64,000 nucleotides of DNA from Vulcanimicrobiota bacterium. GTDB taxonomy: Bacteria > Vulcanimicrobiota > Vulcanimicrobiia > Vulcanimicrobiales > Vulcanimicrobiaceae. The position numbers and the translations under genes are program-made. Under the pieces are notes generated by a model. The model saw only the letters and a program-made list of their open reading frames with translations, had not been told where the DNA came from and did no database searches. The stretch lies in the NCBI GenBank assembly GCA_963777315.1, contig CAVZQC010000001.1, forward strand, positions 96,001-160,000, in the 5' to 3' direction. Below are positions 9,295 through 19,295 of the stretch, piece by piece (the stretch's first letter is position 1; each line of letters starts with the position of its first letter).

Positions 9295-11883
9295 TCATAT
9301 TTCCGCCCCCTCGACAAGCTTATCGGGATTGCGCCGAACCGGCAGCTCGACCGTGACGTGGTTGCCGTACCCGGCCACGTGCTCGACGTGGACGTCGCGC
9401 GCCAGACGCCGCACGATGAACAACCCGCGCCCGGACTCGCTCAGCGGATCGCCGGGCAGGCCCTCGGTTAGTTCGAAGGGGCTTCCGCGGTCGATCACGT
9501 GCAGCGTCGGGAAATCCGCGACCCAATCCAGGTCGATATCGATGGGTCCCGGGGAATGCCGCACGACGTTGCCGACCAGCTCGCCGAAGATGAGCTCCGC
9601 GATACCGACCTGCGCTTTTTCGCTTCCTCGTTCGAGCAAATATCGCACGAATTGACCGCGCGAATCCTGGGCCGCTCTGGCGTTCTCGGCATCGAACGTC
9701 CAGCGGACGGACGGTTCGAACGAGACCGTCAGCACTGCAACGTCATCGTCCGAACGATCCGTAAGGCACGATTCTTCGATGAACCGCGCCGGGTCGTGCG
9801 TATGCAGCAACGCTTGCGTTTGGACCACTTCGCGCAAACGCCGGTATCCCGCCAGCACGTCCCGCGTAGCTTCCACCAAACCGTCCGTGTACAGCACGAG
9901 CATGCGCGCCCCGCCCAGATCCGCTTGAACGGCCTGCGCCGGTTCTCCGCGTGAACGCAACCCGAGCGGCAGGCCGTCTGCACGCAGCTCTTCGACTTGC
10001 CGGCTGCGGCGCAACAACGGATGCGGATGTCCGGCGTTTCCGTAGCGCAGCGTGGTGCGGCCGGGATCGATGATTCCGAGAAACGCAGTAACGATCGCTT
10101 CGGGATACCGCCGCGCGAGCACGGTTTCCACGGTGTCCAAAATGCGCGCCGGATCGCGCTCGTACGACGGCGCGATGGCGATCAGATGGCGCACCTTGCC
10201 CATGATGACCGCCGCGTCCGTGCCGCGGCCGGTAACGTCGCCCACGCTGATGACTACGGAGCCGTCCTCCAGCGCGAACGCATCGTACCAATCTCCTCCG
10301 ACTTGTTCGCCGGTCGCGCTGGGCAGGTAGACCGCATTGAATCGCAGCCCTTGGAGAGACGGAACCGAGGGGGGCAGCAGCGACTCCTGCAGCGTTTGCG
10401 CTATGCGCCGCTCCCTGTCGAACACTTCGGCGTTCTCCATCGCCACCGATGCGTGCCGCCCGACCTCGGCCAGAATCTCAATCTCTTCGGCGGTGAAGTT
10501 TCTCGTACGGTCCGATGAGTACGCCACGATCGCGCCGTACGTCGTGCCGCGCGAGTGCAGTGGAATCGTCACGGAAAACGCAGCATCCAGCGCGGCAATC
10601 TCGTACGCCAGATACGGCCACGTCGAACGCTCAGCCACGCCGGGCCGCAGGCTGCGCGCGATCGTTTTGTGTCCCTTGAGACCTGCGATGAACTTTTTTT
10701 CGGCGTCGGGATGAAACGGCCGCACGCCCACGAGCGCGCCCGCCACGTCGCTTTTGGCGGGATCGCGGTGCGCTGCGGCCAACACGCGAACGCATTCGCC
10801 GCGTTCGATTCGGGCGATTGCCGCGAAATCGGCAAACGTCGAAACGATCAGCTGCGCGAGTTCTGCGAAGGTGGCGCTCAAATCGAGCGACTCGTACACG
10901 GCCTGGGTCGCCCGTCCGATAAACTGCAATCGCTGCTTCGCGCGCTGCTCGCGGCTCATCAACCGCCGCCCGGCGATGGCGGCGGCAGCGCGTTCGGCGA
11001 GCATGCCTACCACGTCCAGGTCTGGTTTTCCGAACGCTCTACCCGATTCAGCCGTATACAGTATGACGCCTCCCAGTACGGCGCCCTCGGCGTGAAGCGG
11101 CATCACGATTGCCGAATGCATTCCCAAACTGCGCAGCAGCCGCAGATGTTCTTCATCTCGCGCAGATTTGACGAGCATCTCGTCGGTAATCTCGCTGTAG
11201 AGCACCGGCTGGTTACGTTCGAGTAAGTCGGTAAGGTTTTGGTCGTCGGCTATAGGATAGCGTTCGACGTACGACCAGACTTCGCGTAATTTCTGCGGGT
11301 CGCGATGTTCGAGCGATGCCACGGTGTGGCGTCCCAATTCGTCGGTCAATACGACGACGCACCAGTCCGCAAACCGCTGCACGGCCAAACGAGCAAATTC
11401 GTTTGAAATTTCCTGCGGCGTCGCTGCCGAAGCGAATAGGCTCGAGGCCTGCAGCACGAAATTGAGATTTTCGTTGGCGCGCTTTTGCGCATCGATATCG
11501 GTGGCGGTGCCGACCCACATGCGCACGGTGCCCGCGCTGTCGCGCATGGGCAGAGCGCGCGCGATGAACCACCGGAACGTTCCGTCGCGAGCGCGGCGAA
11601 GCCGGTATTCCATTTCAAACGGCGTATTCGTTTGGACCGCCTGATTCCAGCGTTCCCACATCAAAGCAATGTCGTCGGAATGAACGACGCCTTTGTAGCC
11701 TGCGCCGCGCGACTGCTCGACGGTTTGGGCGGTGTAATCGATCCAGCGATCGTTAAAGAACTCTACGGTGCCGTCGGGCGCAGCCGTCCAGACGAAATGC
11801 GGCAGCGCGTTGGCCATGCTCGCAAACGCCGCGCCGCCCGCTTCGAGTGCGAGCGAAAGCGCGTTCAGTTCGGCGCTCGACAC
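9295..11883 (-). CDS. PAS-GAF-GAF-SpoIIE/PP2C phosphatase fused to HATPase_c (anti-sigma-like) domain
   Basis: PAS (FFNDRWIDYT..VHSDD), two GAFs (FADWC, FADFA), VGGDWYD, GDVTGRG, LYTDGL, DDVAVL, ELVGNVVRH, ESGRGL. Confidence 0.9.
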   Translation of the reverse strand: MSSAELNALSLALEAGGAAFASMANALPHFVWTAAPDGTVEFFNDRWIDYTAQTVEQSRGAGYKGVVHSDDIALMWERWNQAVQTNTPFEMEYRLRRARDGTFRWFIARALPMRDSAGTVRMWVGTATDIDAQKRANENLNFVLQASSLFASAATPQEISNEFARLAVQRFADWCVVVLTDELGRHTVASLEHRDPQKLREVWSYVERYPIADDQNLTDLLERNQPVLYSEITDEMLVKSARDEEHLRLLRSLGMHSAIVMPLHAEGAVLGGVILYTAESGRAFGKPDLDVVGMLAERAAAAIAGRRLMSREQRAKQRLQFIGRATQAVYESLDLSATFAELAQLIVSTFADFAAIARIERGECVRVLAAAHRDPAKSDVAGALVGVRPFHPDAEKKFIAGLKGHKTIARSLRPGVAERSTWPYLAYEIAALDAAFSVTIPLHSRGTTYGAIVAYSSDRTRNFTAEEIEILAEVGRHASVAMENAEVFDRERRIAQTLQESLLPPSVPSLQGLRFNAVYLPSATGEQVGGDWYDAFALEDGSVVISVGDVTGRGTDAAVIMGKVRHLIAIAPSYERDPARILDTVETVLARRYPEAIVTAFLGIIDPGRTTLRYGNAGHPHPLLRRSRQVEELRADGLPLGLRSRGEPAQAVQADLGGARMLVLYTDGLVEATRDVLAGYRRLREVVQTQALLHTHDPARFIEESCLTDRSDDDVAVLTVSFEPSVRWTFDAENARAAQDSRGQFVRYLLERGSEKAQVGIAELIFGELVGNVVRHSPGPIDIDLDWVADFPTLHVIDRGSPFELTEGLPGDPLSESGRGLFIVRRLARDVHVEHVAGYGNHVTVELPVRRNPDKLVEGAEI

Positions 11884-12653
11884 GAATTCTCCAAATGCCG
11901 AACCTGCGGCGCCAAATCGCCGATGAGCGCGCGCAGGCTCGTTTCGAAACGCTCGAGGTTACCGTTGGTCACGCAGACGAGCCGGCCGCTTCCGGCGGTG
12001 ATATCCAGGCGTTCGACTAAAGCCACCGCACGCTCCGCCTGCATGGCGGCGGGATCGACGATTGCGACGCCGCTATCCAGCGCCGCGCGAAAATGCTCGA
12101 AGAGCAGCGGATAGTGCGTGCATCCCAGCAGCACGGCGTCCACCGCGCCGGGCAGCAGGGCGCAAACGCTCTTGACGGCGCTTCGCGGCTGCGCACCGGC
12201 CAGATGTCCCGCTTCGACCAGTGGAACCAGCGCGGGTGCGGCAATCTCGAAGACCTGAGCGGCCGGCACGCGAGAGTGAATTCGACGAGCGTACGCGCCG
12301 GTTCTAGCCGTTGCCGCCGTCGCGATCACGCCGATGCGTTGAAACCCGCCGCGCTCGACGGCGATGGCGGCCGACTCGATCAGGTCCAACACCACGGCGC
12401 GCGACTGCGGCCATCCGAATTCGGACGCCGTCGCGCAGGTGGTATTGCACGCCATGATGATCGCGCGAACGCCTTCGTCGTCCAGCCATGCCAAGTTCCG
12501 GCGTACCAATCCCAGCAGATCGGCCGCCGATCGATCGCCGTATGGAACGTGCGCCTGATCCGCAAAAAACAGCACGTCGTGCGACGGCAGCACTTCCCGG
12601 ACGCGGCGCAGGACGGTAAGCCCGCCTAAGCCCGAATCGAAAAGCCCAAGCAC
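11865..12653 (-). CDS. murI: Glutamate racemase
   Basis: FDSGLGGLTV, PYGDR, ACNT, LGCTHYP; GTG start overlaps upstream TAG. Confidence 0.96.
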   Translation of the reverse strand: MLGLFDSGLGGLTVLRRVREVLPSHDVLFFADQAHVPYGDRSAADLLGLVRRNLAWLDDEGVRAIIMACNTTCATASEFGWPQSRAVVLDLIESAAIAVERGGFQRIGVIATAATARTGAYARRIHSRVPAAQVFEIAAPALVPLVEAGHLAGAQPRSAVKSVCALLPGAVDAVLLGCTHYPLLFEHFRAALDSGVAIVDPAAMQAERAVALVERLDITAGSGRLVCVTNGNLERFETSLRALIGDLAPQVRHLENSCRAPN

Positions 12654-14491
12654 TATTCGCCGCCGGCGTTGCCCGGCGCGGGCGGCGGCCCGGCATAGTC
12701 GGCAATTCCGTCGGCGATGGCCAGCGCGATTTTTTGCCGCCACTGGGGCGATTGCAGCAGCGCGCGATCGTCCGGGTTGGAGATGAACGCCGTTTCCACC
12801 AGCGCGGCAGGCATGTTGGCGTGGTGCACGACGTACAGCTTGTCCTTGACGGTGCCGTCGTCCGCGATGGCGCCTTCGGATGCGATGCGGCGATCGAGAG
12901 CCTGCGCGAGCGCGAAATCGATCGGCTTGTAATAGTACACCGTCGCTCCGTGCGGCCCGGCATTCATGAACGCATTAACGTGAACGCTCACCAGCAGCCG
13001 AGCCCCGTTGTTGTTTGCGATGTCGTCGCGCGCCTGCAGCTCGTCATCGGCCGAATCGTTCGGAGCATACACGTCCTTGTCGGTTTCGCGCGTCATGATC
13101 ACTTGCCAGCCGCGTGCCACTAAAATATCGCGAAGGCGTTTGGACATGTCGAGCGCAACCGTTTTCTCCACTACGTCGCCCCGATACGATCCCGGATCGC
13201 TGCCGCCGTGGCCGGGATCGATGACGATGAGACGAGGGTTTGCTGCAACGTATGGACCGGCCGCGGGACGCGGCGAAAACTTCCAGCGATTGCCGGAAGC
13301 CGGTGGCGAAACGTTCGCAACTGCGGAGTCGCCGATCGTTCCCGAGCCGGATCGCGGCGCCGCAGCCGATGCGAGCGCGCTTGCGACCCCGATCGTTACT
13401 CCGCCGGCATCGGGCGTTACGGCGACGGAGTAAAAGTCTGCCAGCGACAACGCTACCCGCACCGTGTCGGCGCTTTGCTGATGCACGCGAATGCCCGTTA
13501 CGGCGTCGTTTCCCGGACGGTCCGAGGGCGGATTGGCCAACCGCGCGCCGTGAACGTCGATCCACCATCTGTTGTCCGGCGGCCGCAAGCGATGCCAGCC
13601 GTACGAAGCGTTGCCGCTCACCGCGATGCGTACGACGGAACTGCCGTCTTGCGATTGCAACTGTACCGACGTTACCTGCGCGCCGCTGGTTTGCACCGCG
13701 GACGGCGCCGGGGCGCCTTGCGCCGGCGATGCACCGCTAGCGCCGCCGAAGGCGAGCGTGAAATCGCGCTGATCGTCCGTGCCGGGTGCGGAGTGCGCAG
13801 TGCCTGCGGCAACGTACAGCGTCGCGAGCGTGCGGGGATTTTCCGGCGGACCTTCGGTTCGAATATCTATGCGCCGCACCGGCCCCGCCGAGGTCGTCCG
13901 GGAAGACTGCAGCGTGCTTCCGACCCCTTCGAAAGCAATGACGATCGCGCCGTTTGCGTCGGAAACGATCTTGCCGTCGAGCGGCATCCCGCCGCGCGCG
14001 ATGAGTTTGGCTCCGTGCGAGTCGGCCGTGACGTCGATGGAAGTCAGCTGCGGCTGCAAAATGCCCTGCGCGCCGCGGTTCTTCTGCGCTAAATCCAGCG
14101 CGCCGAGCAGTTCGTCGAATGGAACGTACGCGTGTCCGCCCAAAACAAACGGCGCAAATGCGGCCGTCTGCGTGACGGGACCCACGTCGTAGCGGCGATC
14201 GCCGATTGCAAAACTGACGACGACGGGTTCCGCCGTCGTCACGAGCACGTAGCGCTCGCCGGGCTGCCACGTTACCGTCGCGCCAATCGATTCAAACAGC
14301 GCTTTCAGACCAGGATCGTCTATGGCAACCGCCGGGCCGCCGGGCTGCGCGATTAGCCGATCGAATTCAATGGTTTTGCCTTCGAACGTGAATGTGGTTC
14401 GCGCGCCGGCCGATGCGGCGCCCGTCGCGAATCCGGCAACGGCGAGCGCGAGTGCGAATATGCTACCAATCCGAACGGCGTAACGGCTCAT
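12653..14491 (-). CDS. N-acetylmuramoyl-L-alanine amidase (Amidase_3) with stalk and AMIN-like N-terminal domains
   Basis: Signal peptide; IVIDPGHGGSDPG, VEK, SVHVNA, ALVETAFISNP. Confidence 0.92.
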   Translation of the reverse strand: MSRYAVRIGSIFALALAVAGFATGAASAGARTTFTFEGKTIEFDRLIAQPGGPAVAIDDPGLKALFESIGATVTWQPGERYVLVTTAEPVVVSFAIGDRRYDVGPVTQTAAFAPFVLGGHAYVPFDELLGALDLAQKNRGAQGILQPQLTSIDVTADSHGAKLIARGGMPLDGKIVSDANGAIVIAFEGVGSTLQSSRTTSAGPVRRIDIRTEGPPENPRTLATLYVAAGTAHSAPGTDDQRDFTLAFGGASGASPAQGAPAPSAVQTSGAQVTSVQLQSQDGSSVVRIAVSGNASYGWHRLRPPDNRWWIDVHGARLANPPSDRPGNDAVTGIRVHQQSADTVRVALSLADFYSVAVTPDAGGVTIGVASALASAAAPRSGSGTIGDSAVANVSPPASGNRWKFSPRPAAGPYVAANPRLIVIDPGHGGSDPGSYRGDVVEKTVALDMSKRLRDILVARGWQVIMTRETDKDVYAPNDSADDELQARDDIANNNGARLLVSVHVNAFMNAGPHGATVYYYKPIDFALAQALDRRIASEGAIADDGTVKDKLYVVHHANMPAALVETAFISNPDDRALLQSPQWRQKIALAIADGIADYAGPPPAPGNAGGE

Positions 14492-14981
14492 CGATTTCAA
14501 GATGTCCCCCCGGAAGCGTATCGAGCTTCTGCCCTTGAACGCGGATGGCAACCTGCGCGACTCCGGGCAGCGCCGTCAGCGTCCAAACCAGCGATTTGAA
14601 CTCCGCGCTCTCACCCAGCATCCCGGCCTGGTTCTTCACCTGCGCCGATAGATCGACCATTGCGGTCGAATCGTTAACGTCGGCAGTCAGGACGTGCGTT
14701 CCGGGCGGAAACCGGACCGCCGGAACCGAGCTCGGCGGCCCTGCAACGGCTTGCGTTGCCGCATAGACGGCGGCATTGTGCAGATGCTCCCGGGCGCTTT
14801 CCCCCGGCTGCTGCGGGCGCATCGAAACAGTCCACGGCACCATGGTCCTTCCGTCGGGTTTGGCGTAATAGACGGTGATACGATCGCCCACGCTACTGGG
14901 CCGATGCGAGGTCCAATACCAAGCGATGATCGCGATAATCGCAAGAACAGCGATCCACAATACAACGCGCGACGTTCTCAC
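14463..14981 (-). CDS. GerMN-domain membrane-anchored protein
   Basis: N-terminal TM; 'FPPGTHVL', 'AMVDLS', 'SLVWTLTALPGV..V.IRVQG', 'LPGGHLEIDEPLRR'. Confidence 0.85.
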   Translation of the reverse strand: MRTSRVVLWIAVLAIIAIIAWYWTSHRPSSVGDRITVYYAKPDGRTMVPWTVSMRPQQPGESAREHLHNAAVYAATQAVAGPPSSVPAVRFPPGTHVLTADVNDSTAMVDLSAQVKNQAGMLGESAEFKSLVWTLTALPGVAQVAIRVQGQKLDTLPGGHLEIDEPLRRSDW

Positions 14982-15017
14982 GGGCCAAAACCTTCGTCGC
15001 GTTACGGAATGCGGCCT

Positions 15018-15569
15018 TTAGCGTTCTTCCGACACCGAAGAGTCTTGCTCTTCGCCCGTCTCGCGCTCGGCTTCTACCAGCGCTTGCGCGGCCTCGTGCA
15101 CGTCGGTGGCTTCGCGCAGCGCCGTGGGTTCGTCGGTGGTTTCGATCTCCGGATTGACGCGCCGCAAGTCTTCGATTGCGTTGAGCGCCTCGGTGATCTT
15201 CCTATCCTGAATGACGGCCAGCTGCAGCATGAGGCGCGCCCGCTCGCGCTCGACCGTGCCCTGCGTATTTTGCGAGCTGAGAACGCCGATCACCAACAGC
15301 AGGCTCACGAGTTGCGCGACGGTATTGAGCAGTCCGAACGTTTCTGAATCGAACCGCCGGTGCTGCGCGCGAAGGATCAAGTCGGCGACCACCCAAGCCA
15401 AAATGAAAACGACGACGGCGAGGATGAAGCGGGGGCGCCCGATCCGGTCCATCAGCGCCTGAACCGCTCGCTCGCGCGCGGGCAGCCGGCGATGGCGCTG
15501 CGTGCGCAATTCGTCGATCGCCTGCGCGGCCTCGCGCACGTGATCCGGATAATCGCTTTGAGAACTCAC
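15018..15569 (-). CDS. DUF1003-family membrane protein
   Basis: 'IGRPRFI', two TM helices, 'FDSETFGLL', 'VLSSQN'. Confidence 0.75.
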   Translation of the reverse strand: MSSQSDYPDHVREAAQAIDELRTQRHRRLPARERAVQALMDRIGRPRFILAVVVFILAWVVADLILRAQHRRFDSETFGLLNTVAQLVSLLLVIGVLSSQNTQGTVERERARLMLQLAVIQDRKITEALNAIEDLRRVNPEIETTDEPTALREATDVHEAAQALVEAERETGEEQDSSVSEER

Positions 15570-15581
15570 GGCGATCGGAGG

Positions 15582-15944
15582 CTATATTCCGTGAACGTTA
15601 TGCAGCGACACTCCGTACCATATCGTGAACACGATAAAAATCAAACCCAGAAGGCTGATGGCCCAGCCCACGATGCGGTACCGTTCGGGCCCGCGGTCGA
15701 CGACGCGCCGTCCGACGATGTAGGCGAACATCGCTATCAAGGCCGCGACGATGTGAATCCACAGCGTGGCGGGCAGCGGCGTGTGCGATGCTCCGGCCAA
15801 TGCCGTAACCAGTATTCCAATGAGTATCTGTATGCCGACGACCGTTACCACCACGCGCCGGCCCAATTGCACCCAACCGATGAACAGTCCCAGCAAAAAC
15901 ACGAAAAACGCAAAGCCCAAGTGAATTTCCAACAGAGCGTTCAT
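15582..15944 (-). CDS. Hypothetical 4-TM membrane protein
   Basis: Four hydrophobic segments; fills gap between co-oriented genes. Confidence 0.7.
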   Translation of the reverse strand: MNALLEIHLGFAFFVFLLGLFIGWVQLGRRVVVTVVGIQILIGILVTALAGASHTPLPATLWIHIVAALIAMFAYIVGRRVVDRGPERYRIVGWAISLLGLIFIVFTIWYGVSLHNVHGI

Positions 15945-16010
15945 GCTCGCTGCTTTTGGGAAGGCGCGCTTCATTCCCTTGAACGCCGCGACGGCGTCCC
16001 TACCTTACCG

Positions 16011-17987
16011 CTAATCGAATCGAATCGTGAGAATCGCTAAGTCGTCTTGCTGCGGCACGTGTACTACCGCGCGTTCGAGCGCGCGCGCAGGCGAGGCGGC
16101 GCGCGCAACGGCGTCCGATCGCAATGCGTTTACGATTTCGCGTTCGGCGCCGATGACGTCGCGGCTGATTTCGGTCAGGCCGTCGGTGTACAGCACGAGC
16201 AGCATGCCCGGCTCGATCCCCAATTCGCGGTTGTCCACTTCGCATTCGGACGTAACGCCGAGCATTTGGCCCGAAGGCAGCAATTGCTCCACGCTTGCAT
16301 CCGCGCGGCGTACGAACGGCGGCGGATGGCCTGCGCCGGCGTACGTAAGCCGCGCTGCGTTGACCGGAATGACTGCGACCCAAGCGCTCGCGAAGCGGTC
16401 GCCGCTCTCGACGAACAGCGAATCGTTCGCCAGACACAAAATTTCGGCGGGATCGACGGTTCGCACGCTCGCAACGCGGATCGCCTCACGCAACTGCACC
16501 ATCGTGCGCGCTGCGTGCACGCCCGTTCCGGCCACGTCACCGATCGCGATCACCACCTCTCCGCGTCGAGTTTCGAAGACGTCGTACCAGTCGCCGCCCA
16601 GTTCCACGTCGTCTGACGCGGGCCGGTACAGCGCGTCGAACCGCACGCCGGGGCGCAATGGAAACCCCACCGGCAGAAAGGCGTGCTGAAGCGTGGCAGC
16701 GATGTGCCGTTCGCGAGTATACAGCCGCGCGTTCAAGCAAGCCGACCCCGCTCGCCGTCCGAGCTCTTCGGCAAACTCCAGATCGGAATCGTCGAAGTCG
16801 CGGTCCTCTCCGGTGAGCACGAAGGTCAGCGCTCCGAAAATTTCTCCGTTTGCCACCGCAGGCACTACGATCAGTGCGCGATAATGCAGGCGCTGCATGA
16901 ATTCGGCATGGCGTTTGGACGCGGCATGCGCAATTATGACCTTGTCATCCATTCGGCGCACGAAATACGAGCGTCCCGTTTCGGTCACTCGGACGGTGTG
17001 ATGCACGCGCAATTCCCGGTCGTACACCAGCGCGCCGACGTCGAGCAGCTCTCGCTCGCACGCCGGATCCCGGTGCGCGGCCGCAGTCGAATACAAGCGT
17101 TCTTCCGGACCCTCGAGCAGATCGAAGATGCAGAGATCGCAGAAATCGCCCACGGCAAGTCTGGCTACGTTCCCCAGCGTTTCCCGAATATCGAGCGACC
17201 GGTGAAAAATCTCTCCCGCGCGCACGAGCAGTGAGAGGCGCTGCTCGATCCGCTTGCGTGCGTCGATGTCCTGAGCGGTAACGACGAACCGGTGAATCGG
17301 GGCGGCCCCTTCGTTGACCGCACGCACGATCCCGCGCATCCAGCGATACGAGCCGTTCGGACCGCGCAAGCGAAACTCGAACTCCGCCTGATCGCCGTTT
17401 TTCGCGCGAAACTTGGCCGCATCGACCGCTTCGAGATCGCCGGGGTGGACCAAGCGCTGCAGAACGTCGGCAGCGACCAACGCATGTACGTCCAGGCCCG
17501 CAAACTTCAGAAACGACGGAGAAACGTATTCGGCTTTAGCCGACAGTTCGTCGTGGACGAAAACGAAATGCGGCCCTTCGGTTAAAGCCGAAAAGACGCG
17601 CTCGCGTTCGTCGACGTCCGTGGCGGTGAGCAGCAGACGTCGTTCGCCGCAAGCGAGAAGCATGTCGCGCACGCGCAGCAAAAACCACCTGTAGCCGCCG
17701 TCATGCCCGCGAAGCCGAGCCGTGAAGCCGTGCAGCAGCGTAAGATTGGAGCGGGAATGCCAACCCGCCGCTTGTCGATCTTCGGAATGAATGTACGCGT
17801 ACGCTTCGCAGTGTTTTCCCGGTGCCCACGGCAGCCCAAGGTAGGCGGCTGCGGCTGCGTTCCAATATTCAGCCGTGCCGTCCGCATGCGCAAGCCAAAC
17901 GAGATGCGGAACGGAGTCCGCAACGGCTTGAAACGCCGAATCGCCCGCTTCCAGTGAAGCGCACGCATCCCGGCGCGAGGTTTGCAT
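16011..17987 (-). CDS. PAS-PAS-GAF-SpoIIE/PP2C phosphatase (RsbU/RsbP-like)
   Basis: Two PAS/PAC repeats (YRWF, YRWM), GAF (FCDLC), LGGDWYD, GDVAGTG, LYTDGL, DDLAIL. Confidence 0.9.
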   Translation of the reverse strand: MQTSRRDACASLEAGDSAFQAVADSVPHLVWLAHADGTAEYWNAAAAAYLGLPWAPGKHCEAYAYIHSEDRQAAGWHSRSNLTLLHGFTARLRGHDGGYRWFLLRVRDMLLACGERRLLLTATDVDERERVFSALTEGPHFVFVHDELSAKAEYVSPSFLKFAGLDVHALVAADVLQRLVHPGDLEAVDAAKFRAKNGDQAEFEFRLRGPNGSYRWMRGIVRAVNEGAAPIHRFVVTAQDIDARKRIEQRLSLLVRAGEIFHRSLDIRETLGNVARLAVGDFCDLCIFDLLEGPEERLYSTAAAHRDPACERELLDVGALVYDRELRVHHTVRVTETGRSYFVRRMDDKVIIAHAASKRHAEFMQRLHYRALIVVPAVANGEIFGALTFVLTGEDRDFDDSDLEFAEELGRRAGSACLNARLYTRERHIAATLQHAFLPVGFPLRPGVRFDALYRPASDDVELGGDWYDVFETRRGEVVIAIGDVAGTGVHAARTMVQLREAIRVASVRTVDPAEILCLANDSLFVESGDRFASAWVAVIPVNAARLTYAGAGHPPPFVRRADASVEQLLPSGQMLGVTSECEVDNRELGIEPGMLLVLYTDGLTEISRDVIGAEREIVNALRSDAVARAASPARALERAVVHVPQQDDLAILTIRFD

Positions 17988-17993
17988 GGCGAA

Positions 17994-18401
17994 TCAGCCG
18001 GCGCGGCGTCGCCGCAGCGGAAGCACGGCGCGAACGGTGAAGCCCCCGTCTCGGCGCGAATACGACACGTGCTCGCTCACTTCGCGCACGATAAATAGGC
18101 CTCGGCCCGACTCATTGCGTTCGTCGGGAACCAGATTCATGTGCCGGTCGCTAAAACCGCCGCCCGCGTCCGTCATGCAGAGCGCAAAACGTTCGCCGAC
18201 GGGCTCGAGCCAAACACGCACGCCGCCGTCGGGAGCATGCTTGATGACGTTGGAGAGCAGCTCGCCGAAGATGAGCGAGGCTTTGAACAGATCCCCATCG
18301 TCGCAGTGGTTGGATAGATAGCGTTCGAGCAGCCGCCGTCCTTCGAGAGCGTCTTCCGGTGCATCGGTCTCGAAATACCAGGGATGCTGCGCAACCGCCA
18401 T
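17994..18401 (-). CDS. Anti-sigma factor-like HATPase_c (RsbW/SpoIIAB type)
   Basis: GELLSNVIKHA, DAGGGF, ESGRGLFIV; start reassigned to ATG 18401. Confidence 0.85.
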   Translation of the reverse strand: MAVAQHPWYFETDAPEDALEGRRLLERYLSNHCDDGDLFKASLIFGELLSNVIKHAPDGGVRVWLEPVGERFALCMTDAGGGFSDRHMNLVPDERNESGRGLFIVREVSEHVSYSRRDGGFTVRAVLPLRRRRAG

Positions 18402-18516
18402 GTCGCCGTCATTTTTCCCCGGTACATTAGCCTTAAGCAAAAAACGCGACACTACTTCATTAAAAGAAGGGCGGGAAGCCGACCGCCGACTATGCTTGCG
18501 GCACCTTGCTCCGCGG

Positions 18517-19236
18517 TTAGCGGACCGTGATGCCGACCGAAACTGCGTTCCCCGCTTCATCGCGTACGACTGCCGTGCACGAACCCGTCGATACCGGTTT
18601 GACGGAATAGGTTGCGGCCGCTTCCCCGGTTGCCGCCAGCGTTACCGTTGCAATGCCATCGCAGGTGCTGCGCTCGGAAAACGCGGCCACCTTTTGAGTG
18701 CTCGACACCATGAAGAGCCGCGTTTCCGAGTTGCGGTCTACCTGCACGCTGGGCGGATTGGCTGAAAGCGGATTGGAGGCCGCGCCGGCCGGCGGCGGCA
18801 GAACCGCGGCTTCGCCGGCGCGCCAAACCGTGCCGTCCGTAAATCGAACGGACTGCACCGCGCACGTCAGCTTGGGCGCAATGAATTGCGGCAGGATGAA
18901 CGCCTGCCCGGCGCCGTTTCTAAACTTGTGCTTGATCTCGATATCCGGCGAGAACGTGCCTACGTCGCGTATGATGAACGACGTCCCGTTCGAATCGACC
19001 GCAAAATTGATCAGGTCGGCGGTTTTGGGGGTCGTATTGGTAAATTGGATTTGGATCCCGGAACTGCTCGAGGCGATTGGAATTCCCAGGACGTTTTGCG
19101 TCTGATTGTTGTCCAGCATCGGCCCGCACGAATTTATCGCGACCGGCACGGCACTGTTCTGCGCCCGAACACCGGGCGGTACGACGCTCAGCACGAAAGC
19201 CGCTATGCCTGCCGTTATAAGTACGATCGTGCGCAT
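18517..19236 (-). CDS. Secreted hypothetical protein with two beta-rich domains
   Basis: Signal peptide ending VRA; paired Cys; FTN...GTFSP...VRFTDGTVW motif. Confidence 0.75.
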   Translation of the reverse strand: MRTIVLITAGIAAFVLSVVPPGVRAQNSAVPVAINSCGPMLDNNQTQNVLGIPIASSSSGIQIQFTNTTPKTADLINFAVDSNGTSFIIRDVGTFSPDIEIKHKFRNGAGQAFILPQFIAPKLTCAVQSVRFTDGTVWRAGEAAVLPPPAGAASNPLSANPPSVQVDRNSETRLFMVSSTQKVAAFSERSTCDGIATVTLAATGEAAATYSVKPVSTGSCTAVVRDEAGNAVSVGITVR

Positions 19237-19295
19237 GGGGCGATTTTTCGCCGGATGCGCCGCCGCGGCCTCGTGCTCGAGCCGGAAATGTGCGT

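Noticed and set aside
8983..11883. Stop-codon readthrough fusing the PP2C protein to IF-1 (same frame, single TGA)
   Set aside because: Same-frame adjacency has a one-in-three chance; no recoding signal is seen and both proteins look complete separately.
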